DNA from: Peribolospora baueri
Taxonomy: Eukaryota
Assembly: GCA_029717555.1 (NCBI GenBank)
Contig: JAMDHS010000085.1
Coordinates: forward strand, 1 to 64,000
DNA length: 64,000 nucleotides
Direction of reading: 5' to 3'
The position numbers and the translations under genes were made by a program. Below the pieces are notes generated by a model. That model worked only from the letters and a program-made list of their open reading frames with translations. It was not told the DNA's origin and did no database searches. Shown piece by piece: positions 1 to 11,623 of this stretch (positions are counted from its first letter, which is position 1; each line of letters starts with the position of its first letter).

Positions 1-101
1 CCTAACCCTAACCCTAACCCTAACCCTAACCCTAACCCTAACCCTAACCCTAACCCTAACCCTAACCCTAACCCTAACCCTAACCCTAACCCTAACCCTA
101 A
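1..101. repeat. Telomeric repeat (CCCTAA)n / (TTAGGG)n; chromosome left end
   Basis: About 17 perfect CCCTAA units from base 1, C-rich strand on +. Confidence 0.99.
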
Positions 102-232
102 AAAGTATTCCTAGCTTGGGGGAAGGAGAGGTGGAGGCCCTGTCGGGCCCCTGTATATACATGGCAGTCGTGTCATCTCGGATCGGAGACGGCGTTCATG
201 ACAGTCCCGGATCGGAGGCGGCGTTCGTGACA
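102..232 (-). mobile_element. Truncated LTR (U3, TATA, start of R) of a Ty3/gypsy family, capped by the telomere
   Basis: Closely similar to 10945-11050 (aaaagtat..ctagcttgggg.aaggagaggtggaggccctgtcgggccc...gcagtcgtgtcatctcggatcggag). Candidate LTR 5' termini (minus-strand TGTCA) lie at 203 and, duplicated, at 232. Confidence 0.85.
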
Positions 233-400
233 GGTACTCGTCCCATCTATCTTTTACATCAATCGACGGGACTTTCCTTCCCTGTGCCCGGGGTTAAGGG
301 TTGATGTGCTTGGGGATGGAAATCCGTTGGCAATCTTAAGGAAACGGTGGCGTCAGCGCTCGGCTCCACATCTACAGTCAAGGGTTCACACAGACACTCA

Positions 401-1570
401 CTAGTTCACGCCGAAAAGCATCCAAAGATTGTCAGACCGTTTGCGGTAGGCCATGTCGATGTCGGTCAAGTCGACAGCGCGGCGGGAAGCGTTCGCGGCT
501 TTGTCTGCCGTATAGCCAAGACCCACGCCAGCACCCACGGCTCCTATCGCGGCAGCCCCAAACCTCCAATGCTCCTTGTCCAAGTCATTCTGGAGTTGTT
601 TTTGCTTTTCGTCATATGCGGGGTTAGGAGGGGCAGACGCCGGGGCCGCGTGGGACACCGGGGTCGCCGGGTTGGAGGGCGGCGCCGAGTGTGGCTGGCC
701 GAGCTCAGGCGGCGCCGAGTGTGGCCGGGTGATCTCAGGCGGCGCCGAGTGTGGCCGGCCGAGCTCAGGCGGCGCCGAGTGTGGCCGGGTGATCTCAGGC
801 GGCGCCGAGTGTGGCCGGCCGAGCTCAGGCGGCGCCGAGTGTGGCCGGGTGATCGGGGGAGCCCTTCGGAGTACCTGTCCCATGGCATGGCGCAAAGGGA
901 TGGAGCAACGTCAGTGACTTGGGGGGACCCTTCAGAGCACGAGATGGTCCAAGAGCTGGCGCTTACCGTCTTGAAGTCGTTCGCATCCCTACGCATGTTG
1001 TACCCCTCGTCCCGGGCCATATTGTCGCGAAGCTGCATGTACTCGTCGTCGGCCCGTTTGGTGCTATTGCCCTGCGGGTGATGAGCAAGGGAGTAAATTC
1101 CGGCAATACCGGCTCCAACCGCCGTTGCGCCGGCAACTCCGGTAAGGGCCGACCCGGCTATTGACCATTTGTTCACGTATTCTTTGGTGAGTTCTTTGGA
1201 TGCTCTCGAATCGAGCGAGTCGAGATCGCGGCGGGACGCGTTGTTGGATTTGACCGCCTGGTCCGCCGCGTAGTAGAGAGCCGTGCCACCGGCTCCGACA
1301 GCGGCCACTCTGCCAGCAAAACGGAGCTGGTTCCCGTGGAGCTCCGTTTTGAGCTTGGCTTGATCAAAATCAGAGCGGACGTTCAACATGCGAGCTACGA
1401 GACCGCCATCGAGCTGGACCTGTGACGTCCGAAATACCAAAGTCAGCAGGAGGGCGCATGAGGACGTTTACCGGTCGGTAAGAGCCACTCACTTGGGCAG
1501 GGACGGGAGCTGCAGAAGCCACGCTGGCGGCGAGGGCCAGGAGAGAGGGGATGACACGAGCAAACAGCAT
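401..1570 (-). CDS. Secreted Kex2-processed repeat (KEP-like) precursor, ~334 aa, 3 exons (1570-1493, 1419-967, 874-401)
   Basis: Signal peptide MLFARVIPSLLALAASVASA. Two GT-AG introns (1492-1420, 966-875) with CTGAC branch sites join ORFs 1370..1570, 544..1440 and 401..895 in frame. Three Gly/Ala-rich hydrophobic modules end in NASRR, NSTKR and NASRR. Confidence 0.8.
678..854. repeat. Coding minisatellite, ~6 x 30 bp with two alternating variants, encoding RPHSAPPELG / RPHSAPPEIT
   Basis: Units start at 678, 708, 738, 768, 798 and 828 (ggcggcgccgagtgtggc...). Confidence 0.95.
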
Positions 1571-4500
1571 GCTTTACCGAGAGATGGATCACTGGCGATG
1601 CTGTGAGAGAATGTGGGGAGTGAAAAGACAACCTGAACCTGCAGGTGTAAGGGAGAACAATAAGGGAAAAGAAGAGTGGACCTGAACCGGCAGGAAAGAA
1701 ACAGATGGGGAGGACTTGTTGGGGGTGAAACACAGAGAAGAGAGCTTTTCGCCGCTCGAGACGGGCGGTATTTAACTTTTTGGCGATCGCTCCACACGGC
1801 CGGTCGGAACGGCGATCCGACGTCAACGATCGCAAGTCGCAGTCACTGGCGAACATCTGGAGGCGCCAACCATCAATCCTTGCAGGAGATATAACGCCAA
1901 GGGTTGGGCGCAGGCGCCAGCCAAGATGGCAACTCGGCTCGAAGAGTTGCATGACTGTGGACAGCGACGACCTGGAAAGCAAAATGGAGTGAATTTCACC
2001 GTCTGGCGGCGGGGGAGGGGTGAGTCCGCGCCAACGGGAGAAAATAGGCCCACCTTGGTCGAAGACAGGGAGCGACAAGGGGGAAAAAAAGGTAATCTAG
2101 TGCTTGCGGGCGCCGTCTGTCTCGCCGCCGCTGGTCAGATTCCGACACGTCGTCGTTCTCGCGTCCCTTTCCATTGACGTCGGCCACTCCTGTGGACGCG
2201 ATTGCTTGCTGCGGCGCACGTGCATCGGGGATTAGTCCACATCGCCCAATTACGGAGCGCCGAATCATCTCTGGGCGGATTACTCCGCACGTGTTCACGG
2301 ATAACCACGACCGCGAAAGCTGCGACGTCGGTCGGACCTTTCAGCACACGATCGAGCACACGAACTAGGTTTATTCGCGCAGGGGAGTGCGGCCGGCTCG
2401 CCTGGGGTTCGGGTAGATTCAGTCGACAAACCCAGCAAAGGATGGATGGCTCTACCAGGTTCTCCTTGTCGCGCCCTAGGGGTGCAAAGACGGGAGTGTC
2501 TACACGCCACAAGAGAAATGTTGCGATCTCCATCGATCATACGGCTCGTGGTGGTTTGCGCGAGTCCTCACGGACAGGCGGTACGAACGTGATAGCGGCA
2601 GTCAGTCAGAGCTCAGCTCAAGCTCTCCATTTATCGCAGCGTTCGTCACGTCCGCGACATGGAGACGCAGATTTTCAGCCGGCGAAATAAATTTTCCACG
2701 CCCGGATTTCGGCAACCAACCACCTTCGGTGAATAAACAATCCGGCCAGGTTGGCGCAATAACTCCCACCGCCTCTTTTCCCTCAATCCCACACACCTGT
2801 TCCTCAACCTTCTCCCTCCGACATCGTAATTACTCGCCTCTCGTTCTTTTAAATTATCTGCGGCTCGCCCTCTCAAGCCTGTCGTTCCATTTTACTAATG
2901 TAAACTGCCTGCTTCCTCCGCATGAATGGCTCAGTTTTTTTTCGAGGCCGAATGCTTTAGCCGTTCCGACCGGCCAGCGATCGACGATAGACGCTGAGGC
3001 ACGGCGACCGTCAATCGTCCTAGACAATTTACTCGCTGACTTTCATCTTTCTTGGACGAGCGCGAGAGTAGTCGACCGTCGAAGCGAGGAGGGAATGAAG
3101 GTGCGATGGGAGAGCCACGCTCAGAGGCAGCGAAGGGAGCCGAGAGACATGGCCGCCAAGGTCTTCAGAGGAAGGGGACGGAGAGGACGACGCACCGGCC
3201 TCTCCCCGCCCATTTCTTGGCACACCGAGGCTGGCGGGCACGAGCACGTCACCAACAATCTCTCACTTCGCCATGTTCGGGGCGTACCGGATCACGTCGC
3301 CCATACAGCATTTCTGCTGGCAAGTGTACTCCGCGCGAAACACAGGCTGCTCGTTGCGTGCAGCTGCCCAGTGTGTGGGATGATCCATGCTAGTACCCCT
3401 GCGCATGACGAATGACCGCGCACGGATATCCTGGGCCGTGTCATCAGGATGCTGATCGAAGCGCAACCCAGCGAGGTCGGTGGTGCGTAACGGTTGATGG
3501 AGTAGTCATTCATCTGTGACAAGAATAAAATCAAGCGTTCGAAAGAGCAAACCAAGTAAGCACACTCGGAGAGAGTTCGAAAGTAAATTTTAGAGAACAG
3601 TCGAGCATTTACCTCGTCCTCAAACCACTGAGAGCTTGCACGTGTCCACATTACCACGCATAATCCATCATCGTTGGAGCGCCGTTAAACATGATGTAGA
3701 ACCTTGTTGCGCTGTCGCCGGGGAGGGTCGGCAAAGAAAGCTTTACATTGGTGGAAGGCCGGGGCATGACGCGCAAGCCGCGCGCGAGTAGCCAAGGTCT
3801 TTAGGGCCGCGGCCTCCAAGCGCTCGCTGTTTCCGTAGATGGAAAGAAGGCTCTTGTTGTTGAGAAGCGTTCATCTCCGCAGATGTTGGGTCGGAGACCG
3901 TCAGCTCGGTGGACTCGGACTCGGGCATGACAATGATCTTGCCGCGCATCTTGGAGGGCGTCCACGGCGGCGTCGAGGGGTATTGACAGGTGTCTGTATC
4001 ATGGTCGCAGTGGAGACGGATTGCAAGGGACAGATGATCGGACACGAAGAACAGATAAACAAAGACGCGACAATGATACTACGACTGATCGGTACTCACG
4101 CCGATTGTCATTCCTATTCGATTGTCAGGACGACAGTAGTCATTCCCATTTGGTCGTTACCTCTGGCTTCCTCATCTCGTCTCTCATCCGTACCCGATTA
4201 TCCGTTGACCGGCCACGACCAGCGTCATCATCAGCTGTTGATGTGAGATTGTCCGTATCGCTCATGGTCAAGACATAACTGGTTGGGACGAACCTCTCCC
4301 TCCCGTACGCCTTTATTTTCCTCCCTGCATCTGAACCTCGGCTTCCGTTCTCCTCCTCGGCTCGGTGGACGTAGGAAGAACTGATCGGGCGCTCATTCCT
4401 ATCATGGCCGACGTAAGGAAGGAGGAAGGCAGGCAAAGGACAAGGCAGACGGTGTGTGCCTATTGCACCACTCATGCCCTGCGCTTGACAGCGATTGTTC

Positions 4501-5719
4501 TCGTTGTGAGTGTGACATTCCGTCCTGGCTTTTCGTCTTCGATTGGTGATCTAACAGCGGTTAGGAAGCTGACCCGTCATGCTTCTTCGTTTGCCACGAG
4601 GTCGAGATTCAATCCAACGACCTTGGAAAGGCGCACATATGGCAGCGCCACCAACATCCAGGCCATGCTCCTTGGCAGAAGCTTTCCATGTCTCGCAGGA
4701 TTCGTGCTATCGAGTATGACGAGTTGAAACACTTTGGTGTCACTGTGTCTCGCATTCTGAAAGGTGCGTTCTTCAACTGTCTGCTATTCTAGGTTTGCAG
4801 TGCGGTAACATTTTCTCTGTTTTCTGTGTCACAGGCCTACGAACTTATATACGAGGGGCCAGATTCCCCGCCAGAGTATCGTCAGCCTTCGCCTACAGAG
4901 ATGACAGTGTATTGCGCTAAGTTCGGACCACGGAACGCCTCGACACGGACCCATTGCGTGCAATTGATTTGATGACCCGGCTTCCCCAACATAGTGACAA
5001 GATTTATCTGTATGTGTCTTCCCGCTCGGACGAGTTTTGTTTTGATCTCTCGCTCACTTGTTCAGCTTGCCCCTCTGGCTATGCAGTTACTCTCCTCACA
5101 ATGAGAGAGCCTTCCCTCCGAATTCCGTTCGGCTGTCGATTCCCTATTCCCTTGACTGCCTTGTTCTCTACTCGGGTCATCACGGCGTGGGGCTCGACTC
5201 TCCATGGCGCCACAAGAATGAGGCTCGGGCGCCGGTGAACTTTCTGGTCACAATTTCCGATACGAGGAGGATGGTGCGAGGTGGGTTGAATTTCACCGTG
5301 CTCGGTATTCTTTTTAACGGGCTCCCAGAAAGAACGGAAGTCCAGGACAGCCGTCGCGTCGGGGGCACAGCTCTCCCTCTAGCGACCCTGACGTGAGGCT
5401 GAGAACCAGGTGCTCAGCCCGCCGAGCAAAGTGGGAACGACGGCAGGGAATGACTCAAGAATCCGGAACTTTGAGATCGCTTGACGAAACAGTCGTAGTC
5501 GGGCGATGAAGCTCTGTCCGTCACTCCTAACTTTGAGAACACTCCGGCGGCGGAAACCAATTGCATGGGCCCGAGGTCGCGAATCTCGCCCTCCACGGCG
5601 CTCCTCCGTCGCTGTTCTCCCTAACATTCGCGATGACGTTGCGCATAGCTTCCAAACACTCCTGGTCCGCGAAGCTCGCCATCCGAAGTCCGGCACTTGC
5701 CGCGCTTGGCTGCAAAGTC

Positions 5720-8464
5720 CTGGTATCCTCTGTGCGTCCGGTGAGCGGGCTTCCCTACGCTCCCATCTACCGCTACAGGGTTCTGGTGTCTCCTGGACGC
5801 TGAACAGGAGGCGACCGAGAAGACCGAACCCGTGTGACCTTCGAGCGGTCTACCGATCGCCTCACCCGTCGACGCGTCCCACATCCGGAGGGTGTTGTCC
5901 TCCGAACCAGAGACGATTCGCTTCCCACCTGGGGAGAAGGCGACCGAGAAGACCCAACCCGTGTGACCCTCCACGACATGCAAGCACGCAGTCCAGTGGG
6001 ATGCTGTGCCCCTCAACACTTTTGGAGCCTTGCCGAATTGTGGCATAAAAGTTTTATAAAGGATTGTTTCCTTTGATGTAAAAAGGAGGGCTGATTTATA
6101 GGTATGAAGGGCGCTTTGGGTGATTGGGACTTGGAACATTCGCACGAAACGACGAGCATCGTAGACAAGGTGGCAGAGATTTTCGTCTCCTGCGCTGTAT
6201 GCCTGGAGAATGTGCGGCAATGTCATAGATGATCGTAAGAGTTTCGAAAAGCCGATGAAGATAACTCACCTCGATCCATTGCGAGGCTAGTTCCAACGAG
6301 CGCAAAGACGAGCCGATGCATCCAGCAGGCTCATAGCCTCCACCCAGAAGAGAAGGCAGTCGAAGAAGAAGGACTTGACAAGCTTGTAAAGCTCGGCATC
6401 ATCCGATGGTACTCGCGACAGATGTTCTGCCCAGGAGACACAAGCGTAGCGTAGGTGGGTGGGTATATGAGTTTTGATCAGGGAGTGGAGACCTGGAACT
6501 TCAGAATTGGTCTTGGTGGTATCTCCAATGTTGCAGATATCCTGGTAAAGGAGTTCTTGCATAGTCATGAGAGAACGGAGAGCGAGATGTCTGTTTTCCC
6601 CTGTCCTGTCGACCCAAAACCTCTTGTCCTGGCACCGAGATTTGTCAGTGAGGTAGTCGGCAAACGAAGGATGGATTATGCGGACGGTGCCGTCAGTGTC
6701 GTCATGGCCATCCAAGACGAATCGAAGGCGATGAGTGACGTCCTTGGACTTGAGAGGCCTCGTACAACCCGGTGCGCTCAAATCGAGAAGTTCGTCGAGG
6801 CTCGCAGGACTGAGGGGATACTGAAGCGTGATGATGGCCCCCACAACTCGCCGAAAGGCCCAGAGATTCAGATCAGGTGTCTGGGGATGATAGGCTTGGG
6901 TAAGGACGGTGAGATAAAGCTGATCGAGACCCGCCTCAGCGCAAGAGGCGGCGAACCCGCCTTCGAGCAAAAGTTCTAGTCCCTCCTCTGGACCGGGGCC
7001 ATCGCGATCGCGAAGGAACTCGCCAGCCGTGCGGACCCATATGAAAAGTCCATGTGCTCGCTGGACCAGGTCATCCCGGCGTTCCTGCCCGGGCCAGTCA
7101 TCATCTTGTGACTGCTGTAAAGCGGTCTCATCCATCTCACTTTTAACGTACAGAGCAATGTCGTGTAATGTATTCGAGTCGTCCATGCTGAGATTGTGGC
7201 GGGCGACAGAGTCGCGAAGGCTAGAGATGGTCGTCTCGACCTTATTGTCGGATCGGCTGGTGATAAACAGCTTAAAGAATTTTGGGAGCTCCGGCACCCG
7301 GTGTCTGAGGACGGCGAGGAGATCGTCACGACCCTCCTCGCACTCGTCCAAGGCGTCGACAACAACGACGATGGGCTTGGCGGATCGGAGGGCACGAAGA
7401 GGGGCGGCAAGCAGCTTCTCGAACAGGTTGGCGACCGCTCCCTTGCCCGCGTCGGGATCCCTTTTCAGCGCCGAGATGATCCTCTCGGCGAGGGAACGCT
7501 CACCAGCGTCGCCGTGACCAAGATGAAAGGCGATGGTGCTGAAGACGAGCCGCGCATCGCGCAGATCGGCAAAATCGCGACTGAAAAAGAAGCTTGCACC
7601 GAGAATGCCCTCGTCATCATCGATGATTCCCGCAATGGTATTGGCAATCGTAGATTTGCCGGAGCCAGCGAGTCCGGTGATCCAAGAGACTTGGCTGCCC
7701 TGGAGATCCCGAGTCCAGTTCCGGACTTGTTCCACGATTTCGGTTCGCGTGCCCGAGAGACACGACCGGCCCCGATTGTACTCGGCTAGCTCGGCACGAG
7801 GGAGGTGCTCCAGCCATTCTGCCCATTCTGTTCGGGGAGCATAAAGCCAGGATTACAATAATTGAGTAGGAACTAAGCAAGTTCTCAAGGAGACTGTGCC
7901 ATGCGCAGACAGAATACACGAACCCTTCTCTTGGTTCTCGCGTCGATGCTCGGATATTCCGGCAGTAATCTCCCGGGCGGCAGCAGCGCTCTCCATGTTG
8001 ACAGCGATTTGGAACTGCGCAGTGATTTTTCCCCACCCCCCCCGGTGACGAGGAACGAACGATCGGAAGGAGTGCGGCCACGAAAGCGTAAAAAGAAGGC
8101 CGAAATTGTTCCTCGTACGCAGCGATCTTGGTGCTGTCTTCAGTGCTAAAAGCAAAGCGAATGACACGCTCTATGGGCAGATCGCGAGGCGAGTCAGCCA
8201 AAGCCGCACTCGCCGAGAGGAAGCCCGGAACTCACTCCAATAGGCCCGCTGTCCGCTCTGCTTGATGAGCACGGCGCATCCTACCATGGCCTCGATCATG
8301 TCCCTCACTGCATCTTTCAATAGAGCGATCGTGGCCCAACGCTGGGCTTCGTTGATCCAACGGCTCATCTGCTGTATCTGGTCACCTAGGCCTTTGAGTT
8401 GTTCATCCAGCTGGCCTGCTGCTGGAGCACCTGTTGCAAGAGAGGCATTATGTCCGCACGACAT
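5720..8464 (-). pseudogene. HET-E-like NACHT-WD40 fungal NLR, frameshifted, WD40 array truncated
   Basis: Walker A WITGLAGSGKSTIA and Walker B VVVVDALDEC, plus FITSR, HGLFIW and IIHPSFADYL motifs. WD repeat EGHTGWVFSVAFSPGGKRIVSGSEDNTLRMWD. The frame shifts near 6300 (ASARLCARWN* vs LRSLELASQWIE). The 5' end is uncertain. Confidence 0.85.
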
Positions 8465-8863
8465 GTCGTTATCAGCTGAAACAAAGCTGCTCGAAACACA
8501 TTCTGCAAAGACGTACCCGGTAGGCGGCTGACACAATGCCCCAGGCCAGCTTGGCTGCAGGGTGAAGCTGCGCGCACGACATGGCAAGTCAGGAAAAAAG
8601 AGATCAAAAGGGCAATGTCTGGCACCCAAGCGACTCTGCACAAGCTCTGCTGAGACGACCGTCGAAAGGATGTACAGACAGAGAGTAAGAAACAGATGAC
8701 ACCAACGCAGCCGTAGAAGCAGGTAATGATCTCAGTATGAAGGCGGTGGTCAGCGACACGTGAACAGTCAACGCAAAGGCCGGCCCTTCCTGTGGCCGGG
8801 AGAAAGAACAAAAGTGGAAAAGTGGTGGACGAGCTAGCTATGGTGCTGCACCGGTTCATAAAC

Positions 8864-9107
8864 GTGTATATAAAGAGAGCCCGACAGGGTGTCCGCATCT
8901 TTCCTCCCCAAGCTAAGAATACTTTGTCACCGCTCAGGTTTCCTCCAGAGTTCCCCGTCCAGCATCAGCACCTCTGTCCCAGCCTCCGCCCCATCCTCGT
9001 TCCTGTCCTCGTCCCTGTCCCCTACTTGCCTGCTCCTTGCTTTGCGTCGACTTCCGGTGGACCTCCATTCCGTCCTCCGTCCCTCGCTCGTGATCCGACC
9101 TGAGTAG
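8864..9107 (+). mobile_element. Partial solo LTR of the same Ty3/gypsy family
   Basis: TATATAAA (8867)...cccgacaggg...ccccAAGCTAAGAATActttgtcacc matches the minus strand of 10940-11004. 9011-9107 is the reverse complement of 19464-19560 with 4 mismatches in 97 nt. Confidence 0.85.
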
Positions 9108-9456
9108 CAAGTCTATCTGTCTGTCTGTCTGTTTGCCTTTGGGCTTTTTTCCCTTCCCTTCTCACCGTTTGTCGCATTCGAGCGCGCACGTTCGATGACG
9201 ATGTTCGTGTCGTACACACATGCCTGTCGAACCGATTTGATTGGCCGCAGTTAACTTTTCAGGCACGCGTGACCGGATGTACAAAGGGGGGATGGATACG
9301 GATTCTCTCAAACTCGGGCCAGGGAGGGGAGGAGGAGCGAGAAGATCAAAAAGAAGAACCGGAGAAAGGTGGGCAAGATATCATCATGGATCGTGAACGT
9401 TTCGACATATATTTCGCTTCTGCTCTAGTCCACAGATGGGGCCCGCAACCTGGTGT

Positions 9457-9750
9457 TCAGACAAAGGTGATGGCGATGCCAGAGGCGACGCCGGCGGCCA
9501 TGAGCATGGTCCTGAACGACACGCTGACGTCTGCGACGCCCGCGTTGGACTTTGAGGACGAAGCTGCGGAAGAGCCGGTGGCGGTCGGAGACGAGGTGAT
9601 GATGGTGGCTCCGCTGTTACCGGTGGCCGTCGCAGACGAGGTGGAGGTGGCGGATCCGCTGTCACCGCTGCTGCCGGAACTGCCGTCGTTGTTGCCTTCG
9701 CAACCGACGCCGCCATGGGTGCTGGGGTGCTCTCCAGGGCCGCAGTTTTC
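9457..9750 (-). CDS. C-terminal exon of a Ser/Thr/Gly-rich, probably GPI-anchored cell-surface protein (5' part unresolved; may be a relic)
   Basis: CGPGEHPSTHGGVGC, then an S/T-rich stalk and SNAG, then the hydrophobic tail MLMAAGVASGIAITFV*. Confidence 0.5.
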   Translation of the reverse strand, partial: ENCGPGEHPSTHGGVGCEGNNDGSSGSSGDSGSATSTSSATATGNSGATIITSSPTATGSSAASSSKSNAGVADVSVSFRTMLMAAGVASGIAITFV

Positions 9751-10379
9751 TATATTCTTTCTCTCATTATCCTCCTTCCAGTAAGAGCGCGCACGCAGGC
9801 CAGCGGACCTTGGCTGTGACGGTACGTGTATGAGTGCACTTAGACAAGCCGACCGACGACGTCTGGACGTTGCCGCGGCCGTTACACACAGCACATCGTA
9901 GGATCCAGACGTCCAGAGTACGCCCCCTTAGAGTCCAAGTGCCCTTCACAATTCATGCATTACCCTAGATAGAACCTGCAGTGGAGATCAAGCAAAGGGT
10001 ACGACGGGGACGAAGGCAGCTCTTCTTCATGTTCGCGCGCCGGCGAGGCTGAGGAGCATGGTCGTCCCACCGCGGAGGGAGAGCGTCGCAGCGCAGCTGG
10101 AATGATGCTCTGTCACCGTCGAGGCCGAGGAGGAGACGATAGAGGCGGAGCGGCTCGGACTCGTTATGGCGACGAAGCTGCCGCGGACGTGGATCGACGC
10201 TTGAGAGGTTGACGAGCGGAAAGACGGTCTTGCGAGGCGGAATGGGGAGCAGAGGGTGATCGAATCTGAAATCGGATTCGCAAGGACAAAGGCTGGGATG
10301 AAGTTTCTTTATTTCCTCGTCGGTTCGCCAGCGACGATTTATCGAGCGGACGGGATACGAGCGAAGACAGCAGTCAAAA

Positions 10380-10748
10380 GATTCTTGATCAGCTCCTCAG
10401 TGAAGGTTTGATAGCTGGAAAGGGTGGGGTTGTCGCTTCTAAGAAGATGGGGCTCGACCCATTGGCAGGCTCGACCACGGAGGCGTGAAATGGTGTACAT
10501 CATTTTGGCGTTGTTGAAGAGCTCGGGGTTGGCGGCAATAAAAAGAGGTTGACTTGGGAGAGGAAAGTGCGGCAGGAGTCACGGTCCTTGCCATCGAACT
10601 CGGGGTGAGGGCCCATGAGGTCGCCGAGGCTCTTGGCGGGTGGCTTGGGTATGCTGGGACTGAAGCCTCTGGGCATGTCTTGCTGGGCGGCCCGTAACTC
10701 GCTGATTTCCCGCTTGAGTTGGTTGATGATGTCTTCTTGGTTGTCCGT
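10380..10748 (-). mobile_element. Ty3/gypsy gag relic (frameshifted, ACG at the likely start)
   Basis: Manual translation: DNQEDIINQLKREISELRAAQ...PEFDGKDRDSCRTFLSQVNLF, frameshift, then NPELFNNAKMMYTISRLRGRACQWVEP...SYQTFTEELIKN. This is a typical retrotransposon capsid pattern just downstream of the PBS. Confidence 0.8.
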
Positions 10749-10778
10749 GGCGCTGGAGAGTCGACTCGGGGTACTAAG

Positions 10779-10790
10779 AAGCTAGAGATA
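10779..10790 (-). promoter_or_regulatory. Self-priming primer-binding site TATCTCTAGCTT
   Basis: Lies 1 nt after the LTR end (TGACA) and is a perfect 12-nt complement of AAGCTAGAGATA (10961-10950), about 35 nt downstream of the LTR TATA box. Confidence 0.85.
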
Positions 10791-10791
10791 A

Positions 10792-11059
10792 TGTCAGGGA
10801 TTGCTCCCTACTCAGGTCGCCGGGTGGCAAGGCAGGAGGAACAGAAGGGGTTGCACCAGGAGTCGACACCGAACCGAGACAGGAGGAGGAAAGGGAGCAA
10901 GGAAGCAGAGAGGCAGGACAAGACTCAAGGACCTGAGTGGTGACAAAAGTATCTCTAGCTTGGGGAAAGGAGAGGTGGAGGCCCTGTCGGGCCCCCTATA
11001 TATACATGCATCGACGCAAGGCAGTCGTGTCATCTCGGATCGGAGGCGTTCTTCATACA
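10792..11059 (-). mobile_element. Complete 5' LTR (268 bp, TG...CA) of a self-priming Ty3/gypsy element
   Basis: Minus strand reads TGTATG...TGACA with TATATATA at 10997-11004, followed by the PBS and gag. Confidence 0.85.
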
Positions 11060-11589
11060 TATACCCAAACTTGACGATCGATTTGCACGTCAGAATCGCT
11101 ACGAGCCTCCACCAGTTTCCTCTGGCTTTGCCCTATTCAGGCATAGTTCACCATCTTTCGGGTCCCAACATATGTGCTCTTACTCAAATCCATCATAGAA
11201 AATCCAGATCGGTCGATGGTGCTCCTTGCGGATCCCACCTACATTCACTTTCATTACGCCCTCGGGTTTGACACCCAAAGACTCGCAAACATGTTAGACT
11301 CCTTGGTCCGTGTTTCAAGACGGGTCGTTTAAAGCCATTACGCCAGCATCCAAAGCTTACGCTGCGTTCCTCGGTCCCATCCGCCGTATCCAGTGAGGGG
11401 CTATAACACACCCGAAGGTGCCACGTTCCCCTCACCCTTATCCGGCAGACGAAACCGATGCTGGCCTGCCCGCAAGGAAATACACCACGCAAAAGCGAGG
11501 CTGAGTCCCTACAGGCACGTCTGACTTCAAGCGCTTCCCTTTCAACAATTTCACGTACTGTTTAACTCTCTTTCCAAAGTGCTTTTCGT

Positions 11590-11623
<34 letters not shown>

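Noticed and set aside
102..400. Telomere-associated Penelope-like or non-LTR retroelement
   Set aside because: No RT ORF or convincing hammerhead core was found. The sequence matches the gypsy LTR at 10792-11059.
678..854. CRISPR-like appearance of regular 30-bp repeats
   Set aside because: No unique spacers, in-frame coding repeat, eukaryotic context and no cas genes.
2700..5700. Short ORFs and exon-like pieces (for example a GT-AG intron near 4763-4834)
   Set aside because: Probably further gene or TE debris, but I could not assign any family from sequence alone.
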